NCBI RefSeq assembly: GCF_006345805.1
Contig: NW_021832384.1
Span: 131,238 to 195,237 of the forward strand
Direction: 5' to 3'
Length of the DNA stretch: 64,000 nucleotides
From: Octopus sinensis
Lineage: Eukaryota
Notes under the pieces: model-generated
Told to the model about the DNA's origin: nothing
The model's database searches: none
The model's input: only the letters and a program-made list of their open reading frames with translations
Made by a program: the position numbers and the translations under genes
Shown here: positions 25,351 through 37,766 of the stretch, one piece after another
How the letters are laid out: each line of letters begins with the position of its first letter
Numbering within the stretch: position 1 is the first letter of the stretch

Positions 25351-25807
25351 TCTGTCTGTCTCTATCTCTCTCTCACTTTCTGCCTCTCTCTTATGTCATT
25401 GTTTTCCCATTTGCCTCTCTTTATGACTTTCACCCTTTATCTGTATTTGTTTCTGACTCTCCTCTTTTTCTCAGTACATGAGACAGACAGACAGACAATA
25501 AATGAGACAGACAGACAATAAATGAGACAGACAGACAATAAATGAGACAGACAGACAGTAAATGAGACAGAGGGAGATAGAAATAGAAAAGTACTGATCA
25601 ATTTGATTAAAATTCTTCAAGAGGAGGCTCCATTATGGCCACAGTCTAATGACCGAAACAAGTAAAAGAGAAAAAATGTTATTTTATATCATCATCATGA
25701 TCATCATTGAGGTGATGAAGGGCTGTTGGTGGGGCAGGTAGTAACCATTCATCATTTCAACAAAATCTTTTTCTCTCTGGATATTAATTCTCGATTCCTA
25801 TTTCCAG

Positions 25808-26145
25808 GCCAGACAACACGAAGAATAAAGTGCGACCAAATCTGGCCCCACGTCAGAATCCTGTCAAGGGTTCTGTTAATGGTTTGAAGAAGAAGCAGCG
25901 GAAGCAGGAGGAAGAAGATGAGGAAGGAGAGGAGGAGGAGGAGGAAGAAAAGGAACAAGTAGAGGAAGGGACGGAAGATCAGGAGGATGAAGCTGATGAT
26001 GATGATTGTGATGATGATGGTGGTGGTGATGGCAGTGATAATGATGATGTTGATATGAAACAGAAGGGCTCAGAGAATGGGGATAACGATTCAGATGAGG
26101 AGAAAGAGAACAGCCTGGATGCTGGCAGTGGAACACCAAAGTCAG
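25808..26145 (+). CDS. WDHD1: WDHD1 exon (acidic low-complexity linker)
   Basis: ttccAG|G...TCAG|GTgagt; PDNTKNKVRPNLAPRQNPVKG...EEEDEEGEEEEEEE...GTPKS; phase 2 to 1. Confidence 0.85.
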
Positions 26146-26860
26146 GTGAGTGGAGATTCTTTATTCTTTTTACTTGTTTCAGTCATTTGACTGCGGCCAT
26201 GCTGGGGCATCACTTTAAAGCATTTTAGTTAAACAAATCAACCCTCTGGACTTATTCTTTGTAAGCCTAGCATTTACTCTATTGGTCTTTTTGGCCAAGC
26301 TGTTAAGTTACGGGGACGTAAACACACCAACACTGGATGTCCAGCGGTGGTGGGGGACAAACATGCACACACAAAAACACACATATGTACACAAACACAC
26401 ACACACAAAAACACACATATGTACACAAACACACACACACATATATACGACGGGCTTCTTTCAGTTTCCATCTACCAAATCCACTCACAAAGCTTTGGTC
26501 GGCCTGAAGCTATACCAGAAAACACTTACCCAAGGTGCCATGCATAGGACTGAACCCAGAACCATGTGGTTGGGAAGCAAGCTTCATCTCACACAGCCAC
26601 ACCTGGTGAAATATATACAACTGTTGCACAGTGTCAGGACAATGAGGTACAAATGCATGTGTGTGTGTGTGTGTGCATACACTCACACACACATACATAT
26701 ATTCAAACACACACACACAAATGAGAGGCTTCTTTTAGTTTCCTTTTACCAAATCCATTAACAAAGCTTTGGTTGGCCTTGAGCTACAGCAGAAGACACT
26801 TTCTCTAAGCGCCATGCATTGGAACTGAACTTGGAACCACATGGTTAGGGAACAAACTCC

Positions 26861-27780
26861 TTAACCCTTTCGTTACTGTATTTATTTTGAGATGCTCTAT
26901 GTTTCTCTCAATTATTTTAGATATAACAAAGAATTTAGTAAAATAACTTCATTATCATTAAGCTAATGTCAGGAAGATAAATTGTGACTAAGGTTTAGTG
27001 GAAGATTTTAATTCAGAATTTATGAAAACAAGACATTTGTACTACAGAGCCAGTGTTGGTTTCAGCATGAGATGCGCAGGAGTGGCTGTGTGGTAAGTAG
27101 CTTGTTTACCAACCACATGGTTCCGGGTTCAGTCCCACTGCGTGGCACCTTGGACAAGTGTCTTCTATTATAGTCTCGGGCCGACAAATGCCTTGTGAGT
27201 GGATTTGGTAGACGGAAACTGAAAGAAGCCCGTCGTATATATGTATATATATATGCGTGTGTGTGTTTGTGCGTCTGTGTTTGTCCCCGTAGCATTGCTT
27301 GACAACCGATGCTGGTGTGTTTATGTCCCCGTTACATAGCGGTTCGGCAAAAGAGACCGATAGAATAAGTACTGGGCTTACAAAAGAATAAGTCCCGGGG
27401 TCGAGTTGCTCGATTAAAGGCGGTGCTCCAGCATGGCCGCAGTCAAAGGACTGAAACAGGTAAAAGAGTAAAAGGGAGAGTAAAGAGAGGAATGTTTGAA
27501 GGATTGGCGAAAGCGATGTGGTTGACAACGAAAAACCTGGCTGACGACAGTCAAGGCTGATCTGGAACCCAACCTAGGCCCCCATGTCTATGGCATTCGC
27601 CGCTGAAATAGGGAGTGGTTGGAGATCACGCGGTCATTAGCCTCAAATCGCCAGGTCTGGTCGGCGTTTGTGAGAGATGCAGCATTGAGGATGAATGAAG
27701 CCAGCTCAACCCATCCAGGGTGAATGCTGCTCAAGTCAAGTCAAGTCTGGTTTCAGCCTGGTTGGTGACAAAAGGGTTAA
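26861..27780. mobile_element. piggyBac-like MITE interrupted by an RTE fragment and a SINE
   Basis: TTAA at both ends; CCCTTT/AAAGGG termini; internal 10-bp duplication tggtttcagc at 27057-27066 and 27748-27757. Confidence 0.85.
27490..27747 (+). mobile_element. 3' fragment of a second RTE-type LINE family with (CAAGT)n tail
   Basis: Remnant TWLTTVKADLEPNLGPHVYG..WLEITRSLASNRQVWSAFVRDA; tail caagtcaagtcaagtc. Confidence 0.7.
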
Positions 27781-28050
27781 CCACCCAGGTGCACATATAT
27801 AAGTTCAAACACCACTGGAGCTGACTTTTGTTTTCATTCTTTTGGGGATCAATAAAAATAAATACTAGTCATGTACTGAAATAAGTCTAATCAATTTACT
27901 CCCTATCCTAAAGTTGCCAGCTTTGTGACAAAATTTGAAATCTTTAAAAGTACCTGTTGAGTACTGGGGTCAGTGTAATTGACTTAACCTCTCCCCGAAA
28001 TTGCTGGCCTTGTGTCAAAATTTGAAATTATTATTATGTGAAGGTGCATG

Positions 28051-28372
28051 GCTCAGTGGTTAGAGTGTTGAGCTTACAATTGTGAAGTTATGAGTTCGAA
28101 TCCCAGACCAGGCTGTGTGTTGTGCTCTTGAGCCAGACACTTTATTTCATGTTGCTCCAGTTCACTCAGCTGTAGAAATGAGTTGCAATGTCACTATTGC
28201 CAGGCTGTATCAGTCTTTGCTTTTCCATTGGAAAACACTGGTGGCATGGAGAGGGGAGGCCGGTATGCATGGGCAACTGCTGGTCTTTCATAAACAACCT
28301 TGCCCGGACTTGTATCTCGGAGGGTAACTTTCTAGGTGCAATCCCATGGTCAGTCTTGACCGAAGGGGATCT
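28051..28372 (+). mobile_element. tRNA-derived SINE, family C
   Basis: tggctcagtggttagagtg A-box, gagttcgaatccc B-box; copies at 34520-34851(-), 46425-46740(-) and partial copies at 38870-39650. Confidence 0.8.
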
Positions 28373-28868
28373 CAGTATTATTATTGAGGCAGCAAGCTGG
28401 CAGAATTGTTAGCATGCTGGGCAAAATACACAGTAGTGTTTTGTCCGGCTCTGTGTTCTGAGTTCAAATTCTACCCTGGTCAACTTTGCCTTTCATCCTT
28501 TTGGGGTCGATAAAATAAGCACCAGCCAAGCATTGGGGGTCGATGTAATCAACTTATCTCCACCCCTGAAATGACTAACCTTGTGCCAAAATTTGAAATC
28601 ATTATTATTATTATTGAGTGAGAGAGCAGTGCATGCCATCAAAGTGACACTGGGGTAAAATATATGAAGCCCAGTATACTCATCATGACTACCCGTCTGA
28701 TAAGGGTACACCAGGCACATGCATTGCAACCATATGTGGGTGACATATCAAGATAAACAGCACATTACCTTGCAGGTGGGGCACAGTTAGGATTTTTTTC
28801 TGGTTGAGTAGCCCATCCAGCTCAAAAGGTCCTTGAATAAGGGTTGTTTAAGGATTATTATTATAATA

Positions 28869-28903
<35 letters not shown>

Positions 28904-28940
28904 CTTTATCGTTATTACTTCTGTTTCTTTTGTGTTGCAG

Positions 28941-29014
28941 CTAAAAGAGAGAAGAAGGGCACCTTATCTCCAAGAGTTTTCCCCTCATCAAGCACTGTAA
29001 CAAACCCTTTCAAA
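28941..29014 (+). CDS. WDHD1: WDHD1 exon
   Basis: tgcAG|CT...AAA|GTaaga; (A)KREKKGTLSPRVFPSSSTVTNPFK, containing the conserved NPFK; phase 1 to 0. Confidence 0.88.
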
Positions 29015-29819
29015 GTAAGACATTTAAGGGTTTATATGTTTTGGAGGAAGAAATGATCACTTCATTTGTTTACTTTTAGTTGTTATGATTTTCTGTTTTT
29101 AATTATATCGTTTTCATTTTGTAATCCCATACACCCCACAAATCCCTTAAATTCCATAAATCTCGTATATTCCATAAATCTCATAGATCTTGTAAGTCTC
29201 ATAAAATCTTGTGAATCTTATAAATCCAACAAATCCCATAAATATCCTAAATTCTCTAAATCTCTTATATCCCAGGAGTTCCATAAATCCCATAAGGCAA
29301 TGAATCGACAGAGTTGTTTGAGCATAGATTAGAATGCCTTATGGTTCTATTTGTTCTGACTCTCTCTACCAAAGTCAACTTTGGATATCATTCTTTTTGG
29401 AGTTGAATGAATGAAGTACCAGTTCATGGTGTTTATATTGGTGTATAAATTCTTATTCAGTTCCAGCATATTTCATTTGTCTGAGGTTGGTTAATTGAAT
29501 TCCTGTCATGCTCAGGGAATCGATGTAATGGACTGACTATATGATACACAGTCGTGCTCTAGCTTGGCCATAGTCCCATGATTGAAATCCGGTGAAGAAA
29601 AGACTTTGTATGCTCTTCTACTCTTTTATATGTTTCTGTCATTTGATTGTGGCCATGCTGGAGCACTGCCGTAAAGGGTTTTTTACTTTGTAAGCCTAGT
29701 GCTTATTTTGTCAGTCCCTTTTGAAGAACTGCTAAGTTACGGGAATATAAACACACCATTAGCTGTCATGCGATGGTTGGGGGACAATCATAGACACAAA
29801 GACACACACAGATGACTAT

Positions 29820-30290
29820 ATATCTAGTATATATAAATAACAGGATGTGTGTGCATATTGACTATTTCCACAATTCTCAACCGATTTTCACCAAACTTTA
29901 CATACACATTACTTATGTCCCAAAGATGGTCATGCACTTTTACATTTTGACAAATTGGGAAAAATGGTGCTTTACACAGGTTTTTCTCTTATTCATTGTA
30001 TGTACATAGTTTTTTTTTGTATCTAGAGTCTCCCATACTTTTTTAATCTATATGGTCATATATTGGAATTAGAGAATATTTTTTAGTGGTTTTCACATTT
30101 TAAAAATTTACTATTTATTTATATGTTGTAATTGTATGTTATTACTTTATATTTTTATGTGTGTATTGGTGTCGTATTTTATGAATAAGTGTTTGGGTTA
30201 GAGAATATTATAAAAGTGAAAGGATTTTGTCTATTTATTTATTTGGACCGTTTCCATATTTTTAAAATCTATATGGTTGTATATTTGCAT
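29820..30290. mobile_element. DINE-1/Helentron-like non-autonomous element
   Basis: tatatcta.tatatataaa + TG repeat + tctcaaccgattttcaccaaactt, the typical HINE 5' layout; boundaries approximate. Confidence 0.45.
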
Positions 30291-31631
30291 TACAGAATAT
30301 TTTAAAATTGTTTTCACACTTTTTCGATTTATTATTTGTCTGCCTTACAATGCGACATCTTTTCACTTTGAACTGCTAAAGATTCTCTCTCTTTTACTCT
30401 TTTACTTGTTTCAGTCATTTGACTGCGGCCATGCTGGAGCATCGCCTTTAGTCGAGCAAATCGACCCCAGGACTTATTTTTTGTAAGCCTAGTACTTATT
30501 CTATCGGTCTCTTTTGCCGAACCGCTAAGTTACGTGGACGTAAGCATACCACCATTGGTTGTCAAGCGATGTTGGGGAACAAAGAAAGACACACAAACAT
30601 ATACACACATATACATATATACTATGGGCTTCTTTCAGTTTCCGTCTACCAAATTTACTCACAAGGCTTTGGTCGGTCCGAGGCTATAGTAGAAGACACT
30701 TGCCCAAGGTGCCACGCAGTGGGAATGAACCCAGAACCATGTGGTTGGTAAGCAAGCTACTTACCACACAGCCACTCCTGTAACCAACCTTCAACCTGAT
30801 TCTCCATTCCTAGGATTGAAAGCAGTATTCGAGAACTGAAGTCAAACTCTTCATGTCTTCATTTTTCATTGCCTGAAGTGTATGATCACTCTGAAGAATT
30901 TCAGAGTGATCATACACTGTAAGCACACAGCAGATACATTCCTTTAACTCTACTTTTTCAAGTAGGTATTATATTGTCATTTTTGAAAGTGAAAAAATAG
31001 CTCCCTTTTCTGTTGAATAAAATAAATTCGCTGAGGGGCAGTTTCAAAGTCTTCCTTCAATTTCTTTACACCATTTATGTGGCTGTTTCTGACAAGAAAT
31101 TTTGCTTTCTTGTAAAACAATTATATTTTGTAGTCATTATCTGTAATCTATTCCCAAAACTCTTCAGTAGCTCTACTTTGCATTGCTTGCAAATTTATGT
31201 GTTCTCAGATCATTAAAGTGCAACGACCTTCACCGTAACCAGCCTTCAATCTGGTTCTCCATTCCTCGGTTAATCAGAAACAGAGATTGCCGTGTTACTC
31301 ATAAACCTTCTTCGTAGTTGAATTATTTGGTAAAAAAATACCACCAAAGCAATTTAAACCATCCAAAGGACGTGTGTGTTTGCTAGTACATATGTGTGTG
31401 TGTATTCTTTTATTCTTTTATTTGTTTCAGTCATTTGACTGCGGCCATGCTGGAGCACCGCCTTTAGTCGAGCAAATCGGCCCCAGGACATATTCTTTGT
31501 AAGCCTAGTACTTACTCTATCGGTTCCTCTTGCTGAGCCGCTAAGTGATGGGGACGTAAACACACCAGCATCGGTTGTCAAGTGATGTTGGGGGAACAAA
31601 CACAAAACACACACACATATATATACGTGTG

Positions 31632-31674
<43 letters not shown>

Positions 31675-32378
31675 TGTACATACATATATACGACGGGCTT
31701 CTTTCAGTTTCTGTCTACCAAATCCATTTTCAAGACTTTGGCTGGCCCGAAGCTATAGCAGAAGACACTTGCCCAGTGTGCCACACAGCGGGACTGAACC
31801 CAGAACCATGTGGTTGGTAAGCAAGGCACGCTTCTTTCAGTTTCTGGTTATCAAATCCACTCACAAGGCTTTGGTTGGCCTGAGGTTACAATAGAAGACA
31901 CTTACCCAAGGTGTCACACAGTGGGACTGAACCCGGAACCACATGGTTGACAAGCGAGCTTCTTACCATACAGCCACGCCTGTGTAAATAAAATCCACCA
32001 GGTTAACTTTGGCTGTACTCTGTCTGAGAATGATAAGTAAAGAACCAATCAATTTTCTGATCAATGGAGTAAAACTATGCTCTTGAAAGCTGCTCTGGCT
32101 TGGCCACATTTTCAATTACTGAAGCCAATAAGAGAAATAGCTCTGTGTGTGTGTGTGGTTTTTCCAGGACCTCTTTGCTTTGTATCCTTACCCTGCGGTC
32201 AATAAAACATTTCTCAGTCATCGGTCATTTAAATAGCAGATAGTGCTGCAGCTTGGCCACAGTCCACTTACTAAATCCGTTAAATGAAAGAGCTGTGTGG
32301 ATGTGTGTGTGTGTGCATGTGTTTTTCTGTCTCATTATGCTGACCCCTTCATTTTAAATTGATTTGTTGTGTTGACAG

Positions 32379-32507
32379 ATTGGGACCCCACAGAAACCCC
32401 TCCCGGCCATGAAAGGTACTCAGGTTTTTGATTCCATGACTCGAAGTAAACCAACGAAGCTGTTGAGTTCCCCCGAAGCCGTTAAGCTGAAGACAGGATC
32501 GCGGAAG
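32379..32507 (+). CDS. WDHD1: WDHD1 exon
   Basis: gacAG|ATT...AAG|GTaggt; IGTPQKPLPAMKGTQVFDSMTRSKPTKLLSSPEAVKLKTGSRK; phase 0 to 0. Confidence 0.8.
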
Positions 32508-32912
32508 GTAGGTCTTTCCTCTGTCACCATCACCACCACCACCACCACCACCACCATCATCACCATCATCATCACCATCATCATCATCATCATCGTCATC
32601 ATCGTCATCATCATCATCATCATCATCGTCATCATCATCATCACTGTCATCATCATCATCGTCATCGTCATTGTAAAGTTTATTCTGTTGTTGCAAGTAT
32701 TATGACTAAATCTCTAGTCGGGATACATTCCTTCTTGTCTCCCACTAATCTCTCTTAAGGGTCATGGAAACTGCTCGTCCCTCTGACTAAAAGACGTAGA
32801 AAAAAAAAAACAAGAAAATGGCCAACTGATTAACTTGCCTTAATCACTAGTTTAATCCCTAATTAATCTCTAATTTGCTTTAATCTCTAATTTCCATTCA
32901 TTTTGCTCACAG

Positions 32913-33010
32913 ACTTTGCCAAACCAGACAACACTCTTTGCCAGTGCAAAACCCTCCAAGGACAGTTCTACTACGAAACCATCAAAATCAAAGAAATCCA
33001 GTGAGAAAAT
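32913..33010 (+). CDS. WDHD1: WDHD1 exon
   Basis: cacAG|ACT...AT|GTaagt; TLPNQTTLFASAKPSKDSSTTKPSKSKKSSEK; phase 0 to 2. Confidence 0.8.
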
Positions 33011-33684
33011 GTAAGTGCAGTACTCTATCTATCTCTCTTCTCTTCTACTCATTTTTCTCCTCCTTCATCTTATCCCCCTTCCTTCCTCTTTCCCTTTCTC
33101 TGCTTTCTCCTCCTCCACCACCACCACGATTCTCAATATTGTCACTTATGGTGTTCAACTTTGCCTGTGATCCCTCTGGGGTCGGTAACTAAAGTACCAG
33201 TCTAGAGTCATGAACTTACAGAATCAGAGGATCATTAGTATTCTTCTGGCTCTGTGTGTTTTGATTTCAAATCCTTCTCTTGCCTACATGGGCCTACTGA
33301 CTCAATAATCTTTTCCCAGTTTAACACTATCTCTTGATCCTTGGGTGCCTTGACAACTGGTGTTGGTGTGTTTACATCCCCGTAACCTTGTGGTTCAGCA
33401 GAGGAGACTGATAGAATAAGTACCAGGCTTAAAAAATAAGTACTGGGCTCGATTCAGCAATACTTCAAGCTGTTCTTGAAAACAAGAAATATTCACATTT
33501 AGCCTAAACACTTTGTATATTACAGAGCTAAAGGAGAGGACACTTGCTAAAGATGTTGTACAGTGCAGCTGCATCTCAAACAATGATTGATCAACCACAC
33601 AACCACGCATGGTCTTTATATTTCCTTTTGTCCATTGTATTTTCTTTTTAAATTGTGATTGTGGTGTTTTTCTTTTGTTTCCAG

Positions 33685-33826
33685 TGTTCCAGTGAAATCT
33701 GGTTTTCCCGCCTGGTTTAAAGAAAACAAAGATGACTTTGAAGAAGAAAACCCTGACATGTCAGCAGACGAACTAAAACAGTTGGCAACAAGCAGATACA
33801 AGGAGCTTCCCAGTGAAGAGAAAGAG
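33685..33826 (+). CDS. WDHD1: WDHD1 exon, HMG-box-like domain
   Basis: tccAG|T...GAG|GTgagg; (I)VPVKSGFPAWFKENKDDFEEENPDMSADELKQLATSRYKELPSEEKE, cf. KTGFQMWLEENR; phase 2 to 0. Confidence 0.92.
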
Positions 33827-34189
33827 GTGAGGGAGGTTTCGCTTAATGCACAGAAATGGTATGTACTCACACATACGTTGGTAGAGGTAAACTTTTGTGT
33901 GTGACCACTGACAGCACTGCAACAATGTATGTATGAAAACACACACACACATACATACACTTTTGTGTGTGTGTGTGTGTATTTATGTATGCATTCGTGC
34001 ATGCATGGCATTATATGATACACTTTTTTTTTTCCCTGAAAAATGTCTCAAAAAAAATCACCCTGGGCCCTATATATGAAGGTTGAGCCTACATTAAATG
34101 CATTAAAAAATTTTCCTGAACACATACTGTTGAAATTGGGGTGCATTTAATACGCTATCAAATAGGGTGTGTATGAGTGTGTGTGTGTG

Positions 34190-34236
<47 letters not shown>

Positions 34237-34975
34237 AAGTCCGAGGCTGTGAAAGATTTCAAAACATTTATAAATAGAAGGTCTTACAACTGTTTCCGGG
34301 TTATTTTATATATCTCTTCATCAGAGACGGTGTGAGAGAATGGTTAAGCAATAGTTATTCTAGATAAGATATGAAATAGAGAGTGAAGTGGAGGAATGAA
34401 AATAGACGTGAGATATGCAGGGATATTGCATCTTCAGCTCCATTATTTAGGCAGAATGGTATACACATAAGATTCTAGTTCCTTGTGAGCAAGTTCCAGG
34501 AGTATTTATGTATATGCTGAGATCCTCTTCGGTCATGACTGACCATGGGATTGCAGCTAGAAAGTTACCCTCCCAGGCACAAGTCCGGGCAAGGTTGTTT
34601 ATGGAAGACCAGCAGTTGCCCATGCATACCGGCCTCCTCTCTCCACACCACCGATGTTATCCAAGGGAAAGGCAAGGGTCGATACAGCTTGGCACCTGTG
34701 ACGTCACAACTCATTTCTACAGCTGAGTGAACTGGAGCAACGTGAAATAAAGTGTCTTGCTCAAGAACACAACACGCAGCCCGGTCCGGGATTCAAACTC
34801 ACAACCCCACAATTGTAGGTTTGGTGCTCTAACCATTGTGCCATGCACCTTCATTATATATATATATATATAAAGAAATAATTTTTGGCCTCTTTTTATG
34901 GAGACAAAAGACAAAAGGGTTTATAGAACTGCAAAAAAGAATTGCTCAAATGAAATTGAGACAGAAGCAAAAAAA

Positions 34976-35452
34976 TATTGATTAAAGATCAAACATTAAA
35001 TTCAGGTCAACGACTTCATATAATAACACGCTTCCATACATTTCATCAAATATAAATATTATAATGGCCTTCGGCATATAAAAGGAATACATATAAAAGC
35101 ACAGAAGATAAAAAAATATATATGCATATAAAAATGCAAATTATATAGAAAGGCCTGTCAAGAAAAGGTGTATACAAATTGACTAAAATAAGTTATCAAA
35201 TTGAATTACTAAAACGTGTCAAGTGACTAAAAAAATCTATCGACTGAAAGAAGTTTTTACCCCTCAATTTAAAAATGTATGAAAATATATTTTTATGTGC
35301 ATGTATATTTTTTACCTTCTGTGCTTTTATATATGCATTTCTTTTATATGTTGAAGGCCATGGTAATGTTTATATATGATCAAATGTATGGAAACATGGT
35401 GTTATATAAAGTCATTGACCCCGATTTAGTGTTTGTTTTCTAAATCAATATT
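34976..35452. repeat. Imperfect foldback with ~160-bp arms
   Basis: attgatt..aaacattaaattcaggtcaacgacttcata...ggccttcggcatataaaagg...aagcacagaag versus inverted cttctgtgcttt...tatgttgaaggcc...gtcattgaccccgatttagtgttt...aatcaat. Confidence 0.75.
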
Positions 35453-35487
35453 TTACATGTGTGTATATATATACATATATATATATT

Positions 35488-35518
<31 letters not shown>

Positions 35519-37733
35519 GGATGGGTCACAAGGCATGCACAAAATAAATTCAATATGTTCCGGAATTGTCAAAGACATGCTTAAATTTTCCTAAAATTGA
35601 ATAAAATAAAGTAATGATGAATGAACATGTGTGTGACGAACCAGATTAATAAAAATAATGATAATATAGACGTAAGAGTGGCTGTGTGGTAAGTAGCTTG
35701 CTTACGAACCACATAGTTCTGGGTTCAGTCCCACTGCGTGGCACCTTGGGCAAGTGTCTTCTACTATAGCCTCGGGCCGACCAGAGCCTTGTGAGTGGAT
35801 TTGGTAGATGGAAACTGAAAGAAGCCCATTGTATATATGTATATGTGTGTGTGTGTGTACATATGTTTGTGTGTCTGTGTTTGTCCCCTCAATATCGCTT
35901 GACAACCAATGCTGGTGTTTTTACATCCCCATTACTTAGCGGTTCAGCAAAAAATTCTAAAAGAATAAGTACTAGGCTTACAAAGAATAAGTCCTGGGGT
36001 CGATTAAAGGTGGTGCTCGACTAAAGGTGGTGCTCAACTAAAGGTGGTGCTCCAGCATGGCCACAGTCAAATGACTGAAACAAGTAAAAGAGTAATAATG
36101 ATAATAATAATCTTTTCTAGCCACAAGGCCTGAAATTTTTGGGGATGGGGCTAGTCGATTAGATCGACCCCAGTGCACAGCTGGTACTTAATTTATTGAC
36201 CCCAATGTGCAACTGGTACTTAATTTATCGACCCCGAAAGGATGAAAGGCAAAGTCGACCATGGCAGAATTTGAACTCAGAACGTAAAGACAGACAAAAT
36301 ACCGCTAAGCGTTTCGTCTGGTGTGCTAACGTTTCTGCCAGCTTGCTGACTAATAATAATAATGATAATAAAATAAAAATAATACGTTGTGTTTTGGTGC
36401 GTGACTTTTGACCCACCCTGTACATACATACATGCATACAGGGTTGACCAAAAGTCACCCAACACTAAATCAGAATTCCATAAATACTTAATATTCAATT
36501 CCATTTATTCATTTGGGAAAATGGTGTCACTCACGAAGGACTTCAGTTTGAACAATTTTCATGATGTTTCATATATAAATGCTTTTATTAAATTCATTCA
36601 GTTGTTAAACATAAATAAATCTTGGAGTTAAATGGTTTTGATTTACTGTCAGGTGACTTTTGGCCAGCCCTGTACATATATATATATATACATACACCAT
36701 CATCATCATCATCAGTTAATGTCTGTTGTTCATGCTGGCATGATTTGGACAGTTTTACCAGGGCTAGTAAGTTGAGGGGTTGCACCAGACTCCAATCTGA
36801 TTTGGCATGGTTTCTACAGCTGAATGTCCTTCCTAATGCCAACCACACTGAGAGTGTAATGGGTGCTTTTATGTGCCACCGGCATGGGTGCCAGTTGCGT
36901 GGCACCAATATCTGCCATGATTACAATTTCACTTGGCTTCATGGGTCTTCTCGAGCACGGCATATCGCCAAGAGTCTAATTGCCTCCATGAAGCCCAATG
37001 CTCAGAAGGTGCCTTTTACACAGGTGCTAGTTGGCCATATTGTCTCCTTGAGGCCTAACACTTGAAAGGTTCTTTTTATGTACCACCAGCATGGGTGCTA
37101 GTTACACGACCCATTGGTCATATTGCCTCCGTGAGGCCCAACACTTTACCAGAGCTTTTTATGTTCCACTGGCACAGTTACTAGTTATACAATTCTGGCA
37201 TCAGCCACATTTTCTCTGAGGTCCAGTACCTTAAAAGGTGCTCTTTATGTGCCACTGGCCCAGGTACTAGTTACACAGCCTGGCATTGGCCACGTTTCCT
37301 CCATGAGGCCAAATGCTCAAAAGGTGCTTTTTATGTGCTTCTAGCACAGATACTAGTTACGTGACCCTAGCACATCAGCCATATTGCCTCTGTGAGGCCC
37401 AATGCTTGAATGGTGCTTTTTATGTGCCACCAGCTCTAATACATATATATATTTATATATTATAATTATAATAAGAGTGGTGAGCTGGCTGAATCATTAG
37501 AGCACTGGGCGAAATGCTTAGCGGTATGTCATCTACTGTTACGTTCTGAGTTCAAATTCTGCCGAGCTCAACTTTGCCTTTCATCTTTTCGGGGTTGATT
37601 AAATAAGTACCAGTTATGCACTGGGGTCGATGTAATTGATTTAATCCCTTTGTCTATCCTTGTATCCTTGCTTGTCCCTTCTATGTTTAGCCCTCTGCGG
37701 GCAATAAAGAAATATATATATATATATATATAT

Positions 37734-37766
<33 letters not shown>

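Noticed and set aside
32349-32705. Poly-D, poly-M and poly-I ORFs
   Set aside because: (CAT/CAC)n intronic microsatellite directly after a donor site; the same applies to (GGT/AGT)n at 38500-38850.
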